Source: Tubiluchus corallicola (taxonomy: Eukaryota > Animalia > Priapulida). From it: a DNA stretch of 64,000 nt. The notes below the pieces were generated by a model. That model had not been told where the DNA came from. It was given only the letters and a program-made list of their open reading frames with translations, and made no database searches. Shown one piece after another: positions 27,748 through 41,322 of the stretch. Position 1 is the first letter of the stretch. Each line of letters opens with the position of its first letter. A program made the position numbers and the translations under genes. The DNA is taken from the NCBI GenBank assembly GCA_030141605.1, contig JAQGDQ010002366.1:566660-630659 (forward strand). The letters are read 5' to 3'.

Positions 27748-30700
27748 ATGGGCATTAACAAAATGGGTTTTATGACAGAGGAAGGAGAGGTACAAGCAAT
27801 TATGATTCAGCCGAAACAGAATAACACACTGAAATATTGCTTGATGATATTCAATTTCTTTGTGATGGTAAGTATTTAGAAAACATAGAAACATCAATTG
27901 ATGAAATAAATCCTAAAATCATTTTGATTTTCAGAGAATGAGCAATAATGGACGAAAGAATTAGTACTGACTAAAGTTACAGTTTTACAAATTTCGTTGT
28001 TTTTTTACAGTGCATGTAGTCAATGTGTATTTTACGTAATATCTGTAAGATGCTTATAGTGTCTGTACAATGCATATAATGTCTATACAATGCAGGTCTG
28101 CATACTATGGAAATAACGATTGTACAATGCATGTAGTATCTGTACATTTCAATTAGTGTCCGTACATTGTAGGTAGAGTCTGTACATTGCAGGTAGTGTC
28201 TGTACATTGTAGGTAGTGTATGCACGTTGTAGGCAATTTCTGTACGTTGCACTATGCCTATACATTGCAGGCAGCTGGAGCTTTGTTGATTCTAGGAGGC
28301 TGTTTAATTTTCAATGGGGATCTGAATGATCTTGAAATAGAGGGATCAATAACCGTCGACAACCAAGATGATATAATCAGGTAAATTAAGCTAAGAATAC
28401 GAAGCAACATGAACATTTTCAATGGGAAATATTTACACTGTGAACAAGATCTATCTCCCAGTAGCCATTATAGCGGTGTTTTATGAAATCATGATTGTTT
28501 TATACCGCATTTGCTTCAAAAATAGTCTACAATTCTTTTTGCGTGAATGGGTCTTTAATTGTTTAACTGACAGCCAAAATTTAATTTAATTTTTATTTGA
28601 ATTTAGTACTATATTACATATATTTACAACACACATAAAAATTGTTGATAAAACAGATTAAAAATTACTAACTGAAAATAGTTGTATATAAATGTGTAAA
28701 CATTGTATAGCTGTATAAAAATTGTACGGTTGTAGAAAAATTGTACATAATATGATTAGCAGTCGTTTTATCTTTTCTTCAGAGCTGGCGCACTTATCGC
28801 AATATTGGCAGGTTCTTTTTCATTCTGCTTCGGACTTTTGGGCTATGTCGGCGCCGCACGTTCAGACAAGTGCATATTGGGAGTCGTAAGCAATTCTTGT
28901 TTGTTTTCGTCTTTTACCATGCATTAGTAATTAGCAAGATTCGTAAAACATTTTCGAAGAAAATCACATAGAATTATTTTATCATCATCACCAGCCTCAC
29001 TTTCATCGTGAAGCAGAACTACAACAATGATAATAACGATGACAACAACGATAATGAGAACTATGAGGACGACTTCGACAATAGCATCGTCATTATTATT
29101 CATCATTAGCGACCACTGAGGAGCAAGTTGCACAGGAACGTGAAAACTGGGATGTGTTCTATGAAGTAAATCAGATTGATACAAAATAGGTTGAAAAACT
29201 TTTAAAGTGTAAACTTAAAAATATCTTAAATCTTCCAATATTTTCGTTACATTTCTAGTACTACTCATGCGTATTCATCCTACTGACTCTCCAAATGGTT
29301 GTTGCAACACTGACGTTAGTCTACAAAGATCAGGTAATTTAGACAGAATTTACAAAATTTAGTAGCTATACAATAAAATTAGTTGTTGATCAGAACACAG
29401 TAACGAAGGATGTCTATGGACATAATAACGTCATTAGGATGTCAATGGTATCCCACATGTGGAAAAGCTTCGAATCCCTAGAGAAAACTTTAGAAGTTCA
29501 ACTGGTTCACAAAATCCGTTATGCCACTTAATTTAATCAAAGTGAAAACAATTATTAGTTGTATGAATAATTAAAACGAGACCAAAAAGAAATATGGACG
29601 CGAACATTAAACCTTTTAATAACTTGTTGTCGTGCTCGGGATTTCTTCAATATTAATAATTGCGGTAGAACCGGAACCTAACTTATTATAAAGACTAACA
29701 TTCTAAAAAGAGACTTTAAACCGACAGAGGTTTACACGCAGACGCCATAGTCTTTGATAGGTGGCAGCAAGATAAACGAAATGCCCAGACAGTTCTCAAG
29801 CGCTCATTCATCTTTTATTGACCACAGCTTGACCACTCATTTATTTCCTTTGTTCTTTATTGATACCGTTATATTCATCCGATTTTGCATTTTTACACTA
29901 ACAAAATGCACGGGAATTCCCCAGAACCTTCATAAATTTTTTTTGTTTGATGAGGGTGAAAGGAACAGAATTTTTCCATAGACCAGCCTTGACAGTAACA
30001 TAAAGTATGCGTAACTACCACTCATTTCCGTTGGACAATGTAAATGCTTTAATTTCAATAACAAACAGTTGTCTGGTGAAACAACAAATAAAAATATGGA
30101 TACTGTTAAAACATCCCACTATATCAACTGTGTTCGAGCCTTTCTGACTATATAAGTACGGTGTATAATTATTATATGCTGTACTTGATTTTTTATAACA
30201 GGTGGAGAAGTACTTAGCAGATGAAGTACCACGTTACCTAAAAACAACGTATGCTGCACAGAATAGCACTATCTTTACCCATGAGTGGGATTATATTCAG
30301 CAAGAGGTATTTATGTAGTGTTTGGCACATTACGGGTGATTATTGTCCAGAATTCCGAGTGTACATTTTTATGTTCTTTCTTGTTTTCAATACGAAATTG
30401 ATGGTTTTGTTCTTATAATATAATGCATCTGTCATACTTTGGTTTTCACTCTTGTATATATATAAACAAGAACGAACAACTTGCTTGGTAGTAATTGCAT
30501 ACATATATGTGTATACACATATATGTATGCAATTACTACCAAGCAAGTTGTTAGTTCTTGTTTATACTTGTCACTTTACGTTTTTTATAGCAAAAGTGCT
30601 GTGGTTACAATAATCACGAGGATTTTAAACACAATCCATTTTTACCCTGGTTTCATCCTTTCCCAGCTTCCTGTTGCCTGTTGAATGACACTGAGGTAAG

Positions 30701-33022
30701 TCCTTTCATGCTGTTGGCTTACTATTTAGTCAGATTTTTCACACAGTACTATAGATAGGGTGCAACTAATACATCTATTGAAGCAGATTAAATGATTACT
30801 CAGTTTTTAGGAAAAACAAAAAAAAGAAAACTCCATTGCATCATGGGCACCTTTACTCCCAGAATATATAAGTTTTTTAACATTCTCACTGTGTCATAAT
30901 GATAAATATCATACAATAATTTAGCTAATATGTTGTAGCTTTTAATCGTCTGCTTTAATGAAATGCTAACAACACAGTATATAGTGTAAGAAAAAAGAAA
31001 AAACAAAAAAGAGAAAATCTATTATGAATTACTTTTATATTTTTCTTTCCGCGCACATATTCACTCCAATTACTACCATGTTAGCCTTCTACAAACACGC
31101 ATCAATTAGTTTTGTTGTATTTCGTTGGGGGAGGGGGTGGACGGGAGGGTGCAACCTACACGTTACTTCATCTTTTTGTTGCTGCTTTTATAGAATATAC
31201 TCCCATGATCTCTCTAATGTGATGAGGAACTGCCTTGGCTTAAATAGTTGTGAAAGTGTTATGAAGGTTTTATATTTCAAACAAGAAGGAAATGGTTGGG
31301 AACTGAAAGGTTAATGAGGAATCCAATATATGCAAATTGTGTTGTGAATCGTAACTGTGCATTATTTTTTGGGTTTTTCTAGATATTAGACAGTGTAGCA
31401 TGCCTTCAGGAGCAACGCCCTCCTTACTTTTTTAAAGAGGTAAGACTTGAAAGTTGTAGTTAGTTCTATGGGGCGGCATGTTGTAGTTATTACTTGCATA
31501 TCTTATACTATCACAATGAATTTCAATCATATTTCCAACGAGTCAGTGAAATTCACAGTTATAATACAACATACTACTACATGCCGCCCCATAGAACTAT
31601 GTATTTAGGAAAATTACAACTTTTAAAGCTATAATGCTGTGGAATGAAACACCTTTTAATATTAACGAATTAAATCAATATCAATTTAAAAAAGTTATCA
31701 AATATAATCTACCATCAAAATATTCGTGATTTAGTATAAAATGCTCAGTACTAAATATCTGTGTATAACTGTTATTTGCTGTATTTGTTCAAACATTGTT
31801 ATTTGATGCTTATAATTTCTTAAAACAATTGTTCATGCATAAGATACTAGTCCAAATCTAGTATGTAAAGAATTGTTTAAACTGCATAAATTACTGTGTA
31901 ATAATTGCTCTGGGTGACGACTAGATGGCCTGCTTCTTCGTCCCCCTCACAATGTTATCTAATTTGTATTTAAAGTGAGACCATTTTTGTATATATATTA
32001 TTGTTGTTATGCATTGTGAAATAAACATTCTTATCTTATCCTATCTTGATAACAAATAGCAATAAATGATTTATATGTGGTAAGTAATAATACTATTCTT
32101 TTTAACCCTTTCCCATTTGTTATTATTACATGGTCTCAACACTTTAGGCTTTGCAATGTAATAAAGTTATTGATTTTTATCGACGTCGTCGTATATTTGT
32201 GATCAATAAAACTTAAAACGGTTTCCGGGTCCACAATTAGGTGTATCAACTTTGTAGCAACAAAATACATTCTAGAGAGTAAATAAATTCAGTTACAGAA
32301 AAGCTAATAATTTACATTATAAGTTCAAGAAAAGGAATTTATCAAATTCGAAGACAATCATTGAAAAGCTCCAGCAGGTGCTATACTATTGATACACATG
32401 GCCACTAGTATTCTGCAATACTGTATATACGTATAAGCCTATATGTATTAGCCTCCCAGAGAATGTAATTTTCATAATCTACATGATGGTCCATGAAATG
32501 ACTCGAGGTTGCACGGCTGGCAAAATCTGGTTGGAGCTGGTCATGGAAGCGTAACTTCATTGGCACGATGTTTCCTTAATGTACAAAATTACATAAAAAC
32601 TGTGTTTGGTTCTGCTTTTGTGGGGAAAAAAGTGCATTTAGAAATTAGCTACTGCAAGCTTGTCGACAGTACAATACGAAAGAAAAGATGTTAGCAAAAG
32701 TACTTTTTTTATATCTAGGGGTGCAGCGATTATGTAAATAGTCTGTTTCTGGAGTACATCAACGTCATGGTATGGATGACTTTCATCGCTGCTGCTCTAG
32801 AGGTACAGATTACACAATGCATATATAATATTAGGAAAGAGAGAGAGGCGAAGGGAGAGGGGGGGGGGGAGAAAAGGGAGAAAAGGGAGAAGTAAGGAAT
32901 GTCTGTCAAACAAAGCATATGTTAATAATTAGTATGAAAAATTAACAGTTTTCTTTGTGCATTTTTTGCAGATAATACTGATGATTTTCATCTTTACTTT
33001 TATGCGGTCTATTAAGAATTAA
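27748..33022 (+). CDS. Tetraspanin
   Basis: Nine in-phase GT-AG exons: 27748-27867, 28271-28380, 28783-28885, 29259-29333, 30202-30306, 30591-30695, 31383-31439, 32719-32802, 32972-33022. Four TM segments; motifs KYCLMIFN, GLLGYVGAARSDKCIL, WDYIQQEQKCCG, PASCC, EGC. Confidence 0.95.
28000..28275 (+). repeat. Degenerate 20-bp minisatellite (TGTACATTGYAGGTAGTGTC)n in tetraspanin intron 1
   Basis: Units start at 28141, 28161, 28181, 28201, 28221 and 28241, with more decayed copies upstream. Confidence 0.85.
30461..30566. repeat. 106-bp loopless palindrome
   Basis: Centre between 30513 and 30514; one mismatch (30474/30553). The identical N-termini of ORFs 30481+ and 30546- confirm it. Confidence 0.95.
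31461..31599. mobile_element. Short MITE-like inverted-repeat element
   Basis: TAGTTCTATGGGGCGGCATG at 31461-31480 and CATGCCGCCCCATAGAACTA at 31580-31599. Confidence 0.7.
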
Positions 33023-34539
33023 AGAAGCCAATCCGTCTTACTGAGCACAACAGTGTGACGCAAGGAAGTTTATAGAGTCACTTGCCACAACTGATTTTGT
33101 AACTGATTAATTAATTGACTACTAACAAAATAATAAGGCTCTTCGTGTCTTTTTCTGCAGTAAAAGAAATGAGCGTCTTATATATGTTGAATTATGAATT
33201 TATTCCACAGCAAATCGTACATATAAAGATGCATACAAATTGTTATTACATTATAATACAAAATAAACGAGTGACTGTGAGGAGGAGGAAGGAGCATTAT
33301 GCTTTCGAGTCTTCCTCCAGTTCCTCCTCCTGTGTGTGCACATAATAAAGTTCCACACATTAAAGCATTAATTAGAAAGAGCTGCTATAGTTTAAGAAGT
33401 CACATACTTGCAAGTAAAAAAGACATTCTAGTTTGTGGTTGTATAAATTCTGATGCTTTATTCGAGTCTCCACCTAAATGATGATATTAAGTTGTAAATT
33501 CTTAGGCAAGGCGTTTTTAATACATATTTTAGATTTTAGTTAGTAATTCTAATCTGTTTTATCAATCATTTTTATCTGTGCTGTTAATATATGTAATATG
33601 GTACTATATGTACTGAATTAAAATAAAAATTAAAACTAATTAATGGGTTGTTTCAAAGAACCTCCTTTTTTAAAATTGGAGTTTTATTTAAGGTTAAATG
33701 AACTATACAGCAATGCAAAATATCGAAATATTACACTTATTTTACAAAAAAACAGCATTGCCACTCAAGCTTTGGGCTTCCAAGCTGGAGAGGCCCAGGG
33801 CAGCAGCCTATACTAGCCTATATGATAGTTCAGTCCTGCATATAGTATTGTTTATCATCTTAGGTGTCGCAACATAATATTTTTCGTCTGTTTATATTTT
33901 GTTACTGTTAATAAAATGCAGTTTAAATCGAATTATCTGCCATGTCCTTATTAATTAACTATCAAGTTTAGAATTTCACCCGCACAAGAAATTAATTCGT
34001 GAAGCGAGTTCGTCAGGGTTAGGGTTAACCGTTAGGGTATTTAAATTGTGTGGGGAATTGTAAACTCCTTCCAAATAATATTTACTGACTTCCTTGATAT
34101 AACTCAAAATTCAAATCTTTTGGCTAATCCCAACGCAAAGTACTAGGATTATTTTACAATTTTGTTAAAGATTGTTTAAACATATGGCAAACTAATGTAA
34201 TAATGTAATTGAATTACCTAAATGAAGATTATTCTTATAATATGCTTTTGCATTACTGCCACTCAGAATGCAAAGTTGTAATGTGCAATGTTTATTTTTA
34301 AATATTTGTTGTACAATCTTAAATTATGTGTTGAATCCAATAAATTAAATACCATACTACATGCTGGAGCTAACTCGTTTAATTATTTTGCTGCTATTGT
34401 AAAAACGCACAGCTTTTTGGGATTAAAAATCTCGTATGCAGTCTGTAGGAACATAACTAAGTTTAGCACACATTATAATCTGGTAGCAGTTTTGTATTGT
34501 TTTGCTATTTTCATAAACACTTTATAACGTCAAGGCCTA

Positions 34540-35497
34540 ATTGATAAGCTAAATGTACTAGTTCGTTTTTGCAGTAATTCCGAAATGGTTATAAACATGT
34601 CTAAAACCAAATTTATGACCTATTTGAGCTTGATATGCCGTCTGTGAAGGCATATGTGTTAGCTTCTGGAAATTTTTTTTATTAATCCTGAAAAACATGA
34701 ACAGTTGCTAACATATTTCAATATTGCTAACAGGTGCGACAGTAAACTTGCTGTATATATTAGAAATAGAGTGTTACCCATTCTTAGTATGGATATTGTT
34801 GCGGATGACAAACGCGAGCGGTTAAATTTTACTTCTGATGTGGTCGGAACAAAGTTCCAAACATACAAATCTATCAACTCTTATTTAGTAGTTAGCCCCA
34901 TATATGTTTCTAGGGAGGACCCTATAGCTGAACGGGAAGGATTGCCTACACAGAGGCTAAACTTTCGTTGCATAACCTACGAAGTGAGTTGGGCCGACAG
35001 GCCCGTCTACCTAGGGAGCACAGAGTTTGCAGTTGCGACAACTCCTCGACCCAAAGCGAGGAACTTGTTTTCTGTTGTTGTGCCCATAGCGCGGAGTTAA
35101 GAAATAAATATGCAATACTCGATTTCACATCAATTGGTGACTTGTTTAAATTTGATACTAACATGTTGGCTAGGTTTATTAGAGAGTGTTTTGATTTATG
35201 CTAATTTATTAACTGTTTCAAAATTCTCATTACTATCGTTCCATTGTTACGTGGATCATTAATTATTTCTTGCAATTATTTCAAAATATGTCAAAGTACA
35301 ACAAGCAGTTATCGTTCACATTTCAACCCTGGACATAGTGAAGTTTAATTTAATGATTTTTTTATCACGAACGTGTTTTAGTTGCAACATGTTTGATTTA
35401 AACTGTGCAATGATTTTACTGTGTGACTTTTAATATAAACTGTTGTATTGTTTAATGTAAATTTTAATGGTCAATAAATTAATAATAATAAATAATT
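34540..35497 (+). mobile_element. 5'-truncated, degenerate LINE (ORF2 C-terminal zinc-knuckle region, 3' UTR and tail)
   Basis: HNLRSELGRQARLPREHRVCSC..QSEELVFCCC..LRNKY resembles the LINE SHxLxIExGR..R.C.C..EEH...C motif; ends in AATAAA followed by (AAT)n. Confidence 0.75.
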
Positions 35498-36507
35498 TAC
35501 TTCCTAAAAACTACAGAGCGTGTCTAATGTCTGTTTAGTCGATGTAGGCATAAAGGCATAAATACAGTCGAATATGATTGAAACAACTCTGCTACGCGGG
35601 TGTCTTATCTTACAGAATTATATTATTTAATAATGAGATAAATCTCCCTGCAATCACCTAGGCCTACATGATGGCTGCATTTATTGCCCTTGGATCTCAG
35701 CTCGCAGATCGTAACGAGCTTCCCGTATCCTCAAACTTCCCGAGCTCAAGCAGAATGCTAAAAGATTTATTAGTTTCTCGTAGTTCAAATGGCATTGGAT
35801 ACAAGTCCAGCATGAATGTAAGAAAGCTTAGTACCAATAAGTTTGGTACAAGTAATTTTGTTACCAGGAAATTTTTGTACCACGAAAATTTGTTGCTAGA
35901 AGCTTTTAGTCTGCGATAATTTTGGTACAGGCAAATTTGGTACTGGAAAATTTGGTATTAAACGAAAAAGGCAGCATTTCTATATCTCGGTATAAAATAA
36001 ATATTTCAACTAGAAAATAAAGATGTTTAATCAGTAGGGAGGAAATATGGTACTAGGAAAGTCTGGTTTGTTAAGTTCATACTGTAATTAATAGTGCGTG
36101 GCGGCTAAAATTTTATCCATGACTATTCCATCCATGTAGGTATATTTCAGAATTCTTTGAGCAAAAAATGAAAGGTTTCCAACTCACCAAGCAACTCACC
36201 TTTGCCATAATCGTCATCATTATTATCATCATCACTAGCGTTGACGTTGTCATTATCAATATTATTGTCATAACTTACTGTAATTATTCAACGTTATTTA
36301 TTGGCAGAACTGCAACAGCAGTAACAGTGGTGATGGTGCTGACATCGCATCGCAGTGACAGAAAAGTGGTAAGGAAAAGGGATATAAAATTTTATAGGTA
36401 AATTGTAAAGTTTAAATATTAAAACTTTAAACACGCAGGGTTAAAGCGCAGTGAATAAACGTGCTTCGTTTTTTCTTCAAAACCCTACTCTAACTAACAG
36501 TCGTAAA

Positions 36508-36875
36508 TAGAGGTAAATATTCTCTACCGCAAAGCGAATTCGAATCGGATCGAGTTTGTGACTTTCGAATTCGAATCGAACCGAATTTCAGTACAGTTTG
36601 AAAGATTTTCGAACCGCCAGTAAGAAGTGATCTTACAAAGATCATGCATGTTGCTCGATTTTTCTGCAGTAAAACCACCGATAATTTGTTAAAGAAATTG
36701 TGCACTAAAATCACAGCTAAACTGTGCTAATGGCGTGATGTTTCAAATGTTTTGATGATGAAGAACGTATGTGGTTCAAGTTCTGAATTATTCGAATCTA
36801 TAATTTAAGGTTCGAATCGAATTCGAACTAAAACACTCGTTCGATTCGAATTCGAACGTTCGATGCTCACCCTTA
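36508..36875. mobile_element. hAT-type MITE, TTCGAA-rich, copy 1
   Basis: Exact 8-bp TSD GTCGTAAA (36500-36507 and 36876-36883); ends TGCTCACCCTTA; homologous to 51222-51581. Confidence 0.9.
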
Positions 36876-38208
36876 GTCGTAAACAATATGTAAAACATTC
36901 ATAACTATACATATAGCAAGACTCTACACAGGTGCACGGTGACACGATATGCGACGCCACCGCTGCCACGCCATGTTGGTGTCTATGGAATAGTTAAACA
37001 GTATTAACTCTCTTTTTCATAACAAATCATGTAATAAAATGTATTTGCCAGAAAAGCCATTTAGGCCATTATAGAGAGAATCCTAAACTACAAAATGCTT
37101 TTTACTCATCATCTCTCCAGTTCTGCTTAACGTGTATGATAGATGTTTATAGTAAAAAATAGTGCTAACTTAAAAGAAATAAAAATTCTGATGTGAACAG
37201 TCGCTATTCGTCCAGTAAATTGTATTAGCGAGTTGCACTACAATTTTAAAGTGCCATAATTAAGCTACAAAGCTGTTACATACACTTATTGAAATTGAAA
37301 GGGCAACAAGCAAAATTGGGAAACAAACCCGATTTAAAATAGCAGCTAAATTTAATCTGATTGAAAAAGTGTTTATGTCGGAATATGCCAGTATGTGAAC
37401 TCGCGAGTGCACTCTTTTCGTGGATGCAATAAAGCCATTTTTGAAAACACATACTTTTTTAATTCTCTCAAATGAAGAGTTAAAAAGCATGCGAAAAATT
37501 TTCCAGAAAAGAATCACAAACTATGATTTTTGGACATAATTCCACCGAGCTTAAAAAAATTATGACTTATGAACATTAGTACAATATATCCAAACAAATA
37601 ATTAGTAAATTATCCCGCCTCGCATTTTCAGGACCAACAACACGCGAAAGTTGCATAATGAGTGGTTTTGTTTTAAACGAAAAGAAACAATAATTTTAAA
37701 ATATCTCCCATACAGTTTTATTTCTCTGTTTTACGTTCAGTACTTTTGCTCAGTCAGTGAAAAATGGGCTAGAACGCTCTGGTTGTTCTTTCGAACTTTA
37801 CGCTATGTTATCTAAACTTGTTTCAAACAACTTACCATCAAAATGGCTGTATTTAACGCATGTCACCAAGGGAGTTTAAATTTTCAAGTTTTCCACAACA
37901 TTGTTTTGCTAACACAAGCTCTGTGCGCAATAAGACAGTATGTAAGTGATTCGAAATTTCAAGGCGAATTTTTCAAAACGTAATTTAAGGGTTTTTTAAT
38001 CTGCTTTTATATAAAGTCGTTTAAATAATTCGCGGCCATATTTTCATGATGGAGTGCTGCAGTAATACAATTACAGTTATCTTTTTGGCGGTGCGTCACG
38101 CAAACGTTAATTTTACGAGAAAGGCTTGTTTGTGCAACAGAAGAAGGGTAGTGGCATGTCAGCTTACTGTAATTACTTTTATTTTTCGTTTGGGGGTTTT
38201 TTGTCGTC

Positions 38209-41200
38209 ATGGAACCGTTTAAGGAACCATTGGAACGTAAACTAGTTGAAGATGTTTATAAAGAGCTGTTGCAGCCAAACTTAGACGGCTACGAATTTTT
38301 CGCCGATTATAATAAAGTGATGGTATACAGAAAATATCATGAGGTAAATTTAAATTGAAGAAAACTTGGTTATCTATTATTTTAGTGCCTGGTCGCTCAC
38401 GGTAGCCCTAAAAAAGGTGTCGTCTTTTCCGCCCACCCAAAATAGACAGGCTACACAGTAAAGCAGAAGAGTAAGTTGGCGGGCGACAGGAAAGGTCGAC
38501 ATCAGGCGCATGGAAAAGATCAGTATTTTATGCCCAACTTTAGGGTCGACCCGAAGTAGCCGCATATTGTATCCTGACCGTTTGCAGAAGTCGTTTTTAT
38601 TTTAGTGCTGCCACTTCTTATTGATTAAGTTCAGTTGTCCCAAAACGCTGACAGTTTTCATTTGCTTAGTCGCCTGAATGTGCTGAAATATAGATTATCC
38701 AAAAGTCTTACCAATAATAAAACAATTCAATAATGAATACACTAATAAATTGAAATTATTGGGTCCCCATTTTCCAGTTGTTTGGCCGACCCAGGGCTCT
38801 GAAAAATATATTGCCCAATACTCTGTTATTAATATTAATTACAAAGCAATTTGGGTTGTTAGATGCTATTCAAATGCATGTACAGCCTTCGTCAGTAAAG
38901 ACACACGTACTTTTTTATTTTGAATTGTAGGACTCTGGTCTGTATGAATACAAAGTCTATGGAGTAGTGCAGGATATAACCCCCGAAGAGTCAATAGAAG
39001 TTTATCTGGACACAGATTACAGGCTAGAGTGGGATAGCTATGCTGTTGGTAAGTGCTGGATAATGAAGCCAAAACGAACTTGGTGAAGTTAATGCAATGA
39101 TAGGCACACAACATCTTCAGTTTAAATAAATGAAGTCACAGCGAGCACCATTCCTTGGTGTACACTCATACAGCATAATGAAATATATTTTTCTTAACAT
39201 TCCATGTACATAAATCAAAATGAGAATGCTTGGTTCAGTCAAATTAAATCAAAAAGGACTTTTTAAACAAATTAAGCACCTCAAAGTCACATCACATAAT
39301 GGTGCCTCAATTATGAGAAATGTGATACTCTCACGATTCTTGTCTAATAAATGTGTATTTACAGATCTTTATGAATTCAGAGATGGACTTCGGTCAGGCT
39401 TGTACTGGCAAGTGAAATACCCATTTCCACTATCAAACAGAGATGTATCTTTTTATCATTATTAGATTTAACCATGTTTAAACTGTTTTTGTGAAAACCA
39501 TGTGATAATACCCTGATTGTAGGCCTGTTACTGCCTCCTGTGGCTGTAATTAGAATGAGAAAAACAACTAAAGTAAGTTATAGTTTGTTTATGTGGACAA
39601 AATGGCTTTATTATTTTGCATTTGTAAAGATTTGAATATGCAACTAAATTTCTTTAACATGTTCAAGTATACATACAAGCGAATATATGAAGAAGTTGAT
39701 GTAAATGGAATACACATGCACATTATCATCAGCTATGGTGAAGCATTTTCCTCCGAACCTCCACGGCCAGGAATTGTGAGAGTGAATGAGTATAAACAGT
39801 ATGTTGGTTATACCAGCTGGCAGGAGAATGGTCAAAGCGGAACTAAAGGTAAGCGGAATTTTTGTCAATCAAACTACGTTTGTTTAATGGAAAACTGTAA
39901 CAATTGTCAGTCAACATCATAAAACTGCTTTTTACTGCCAAAATTGAGATGCTTTTATTCAATACCGATGTGAAGCCATCTAACAGAACTGGTACCTTTA
40001 CTCTGAGCTTAGAGCATATTTGCAGCATATAAACCTACTGGCTGAAAGACAGAGTAGGCACTCATAACATAATATTCACTTCCTCTACAATCCATCTTAT
40101 ATTTCATAAAACGAAGACGTCCCTAGTTAATGATCATCCAATTAGTATTATCCGAACCCCATATTTAGTCATATCTACTTATAAGACAAGTTCAGCATTT
40201 TTTTGGAATGGCAATATCTGGCAGCTGTCAGTTTCAGAAGAAAATGCTACGTTAAATCCAATCTTAAATGTGTTTATACATTGAATTTTAACTCTGTAGA
40301 CACATCCATGTAAATATAGACAAATTTCTGTTAATCTACGAGTGCCTAAGATAAAAACTCACAAGTAACAATTTGCTGTCTTAATTCTTCCACTGATCTT
40401 TTGAATTAAGATAAATATTTGAGAGATGGGCTGGCACGCATGTGTGTTGTATTTAAAATTTACATTAGAACTGTACGCCTCATAAGTGTTTCCATAAAGT
40501 GAGAGAAAATCTGTAGCGGGTAGCAACATCATTTCATGTTCATGAAAATACTGGATCATAATTAATAATTGCTTTATTAGGTAAATATCACATTAGATCC
40601 CTAATGTGATCAACTAACTACCTAGGTTTTAATTTTTCAGCATTTTTTCAAACGTATGAAAATCCAGGTGGTATGCTTCCTGTGTGGTTAATCAACTGGG
40701 CAGCAAAGGTATTTTTGTTGATTAATATCTGATGAGTAAACAGATTATTTTTGACAGCCAGTTTATTATTTTTAGCAAATATGAATTACAATGATCTTTA
40801 TGTAAATTAAAGGACAACCAGCTTATCATTTATAATGCACTATTGCTCGTACTGTTTACAATATTGGTGTTGTGAACTACTAACAGTATATCTACTAACA
40901 GATATTTCCGGATCAAAGTTATTAGGCTTTCCTGCAGCCGTTGCATGTACATTGAATGTGTACATTATTAAACTTGCTCACATGATGTAAATTTCCAAAA
41001 TTTTTCATTCACATCAACTTATTTATTTTTCTTCTGAAATATCTAAAATCAATTGTACTCTTTAGTATTACCTCAAACATTTTATTTATAGCTGTTTAGA
41101 TAGCGCTATATGGAAACATTATTAACCTCAACTAAGGTATCATTCCAGGTGAAGATAACCTAAGTGGAAAATAAAGCTTATGCTTTTATGCTTCAGCTAA

Positions 41201-41322
41201 GTTTGTGTCGTTCACATTATTATAACTTTTCTTTTCAGTTTGGATTGCCTAATTACTTAAACACAGCAAATAAAGCTATTACGGAGTACAAATCTTACAA
41301 AGAGAGAAAGTTAAAACAATGA
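38209..41322 (+). CDS. PCTP: Phosphatidylcholine transfer protein-like (START domain)
   Basis: Exons 38209-38343, 38931-39048 (SGLYEYKVYG..YLDTDYRLEWD), 39365-39444 (YWQVKYPFPLSNRD), 39668-39848, 40641-40708 (ENPGGMLPVWLINWAAK), 41239-41322; all in phase. Confidence 0.92.

Noticed and set aside
38931-39048. Apparent stop or frameshift in PCTP exon 2
   Set aside because: Recounting the C run (ACC CCC GAA) keeps the frame open.
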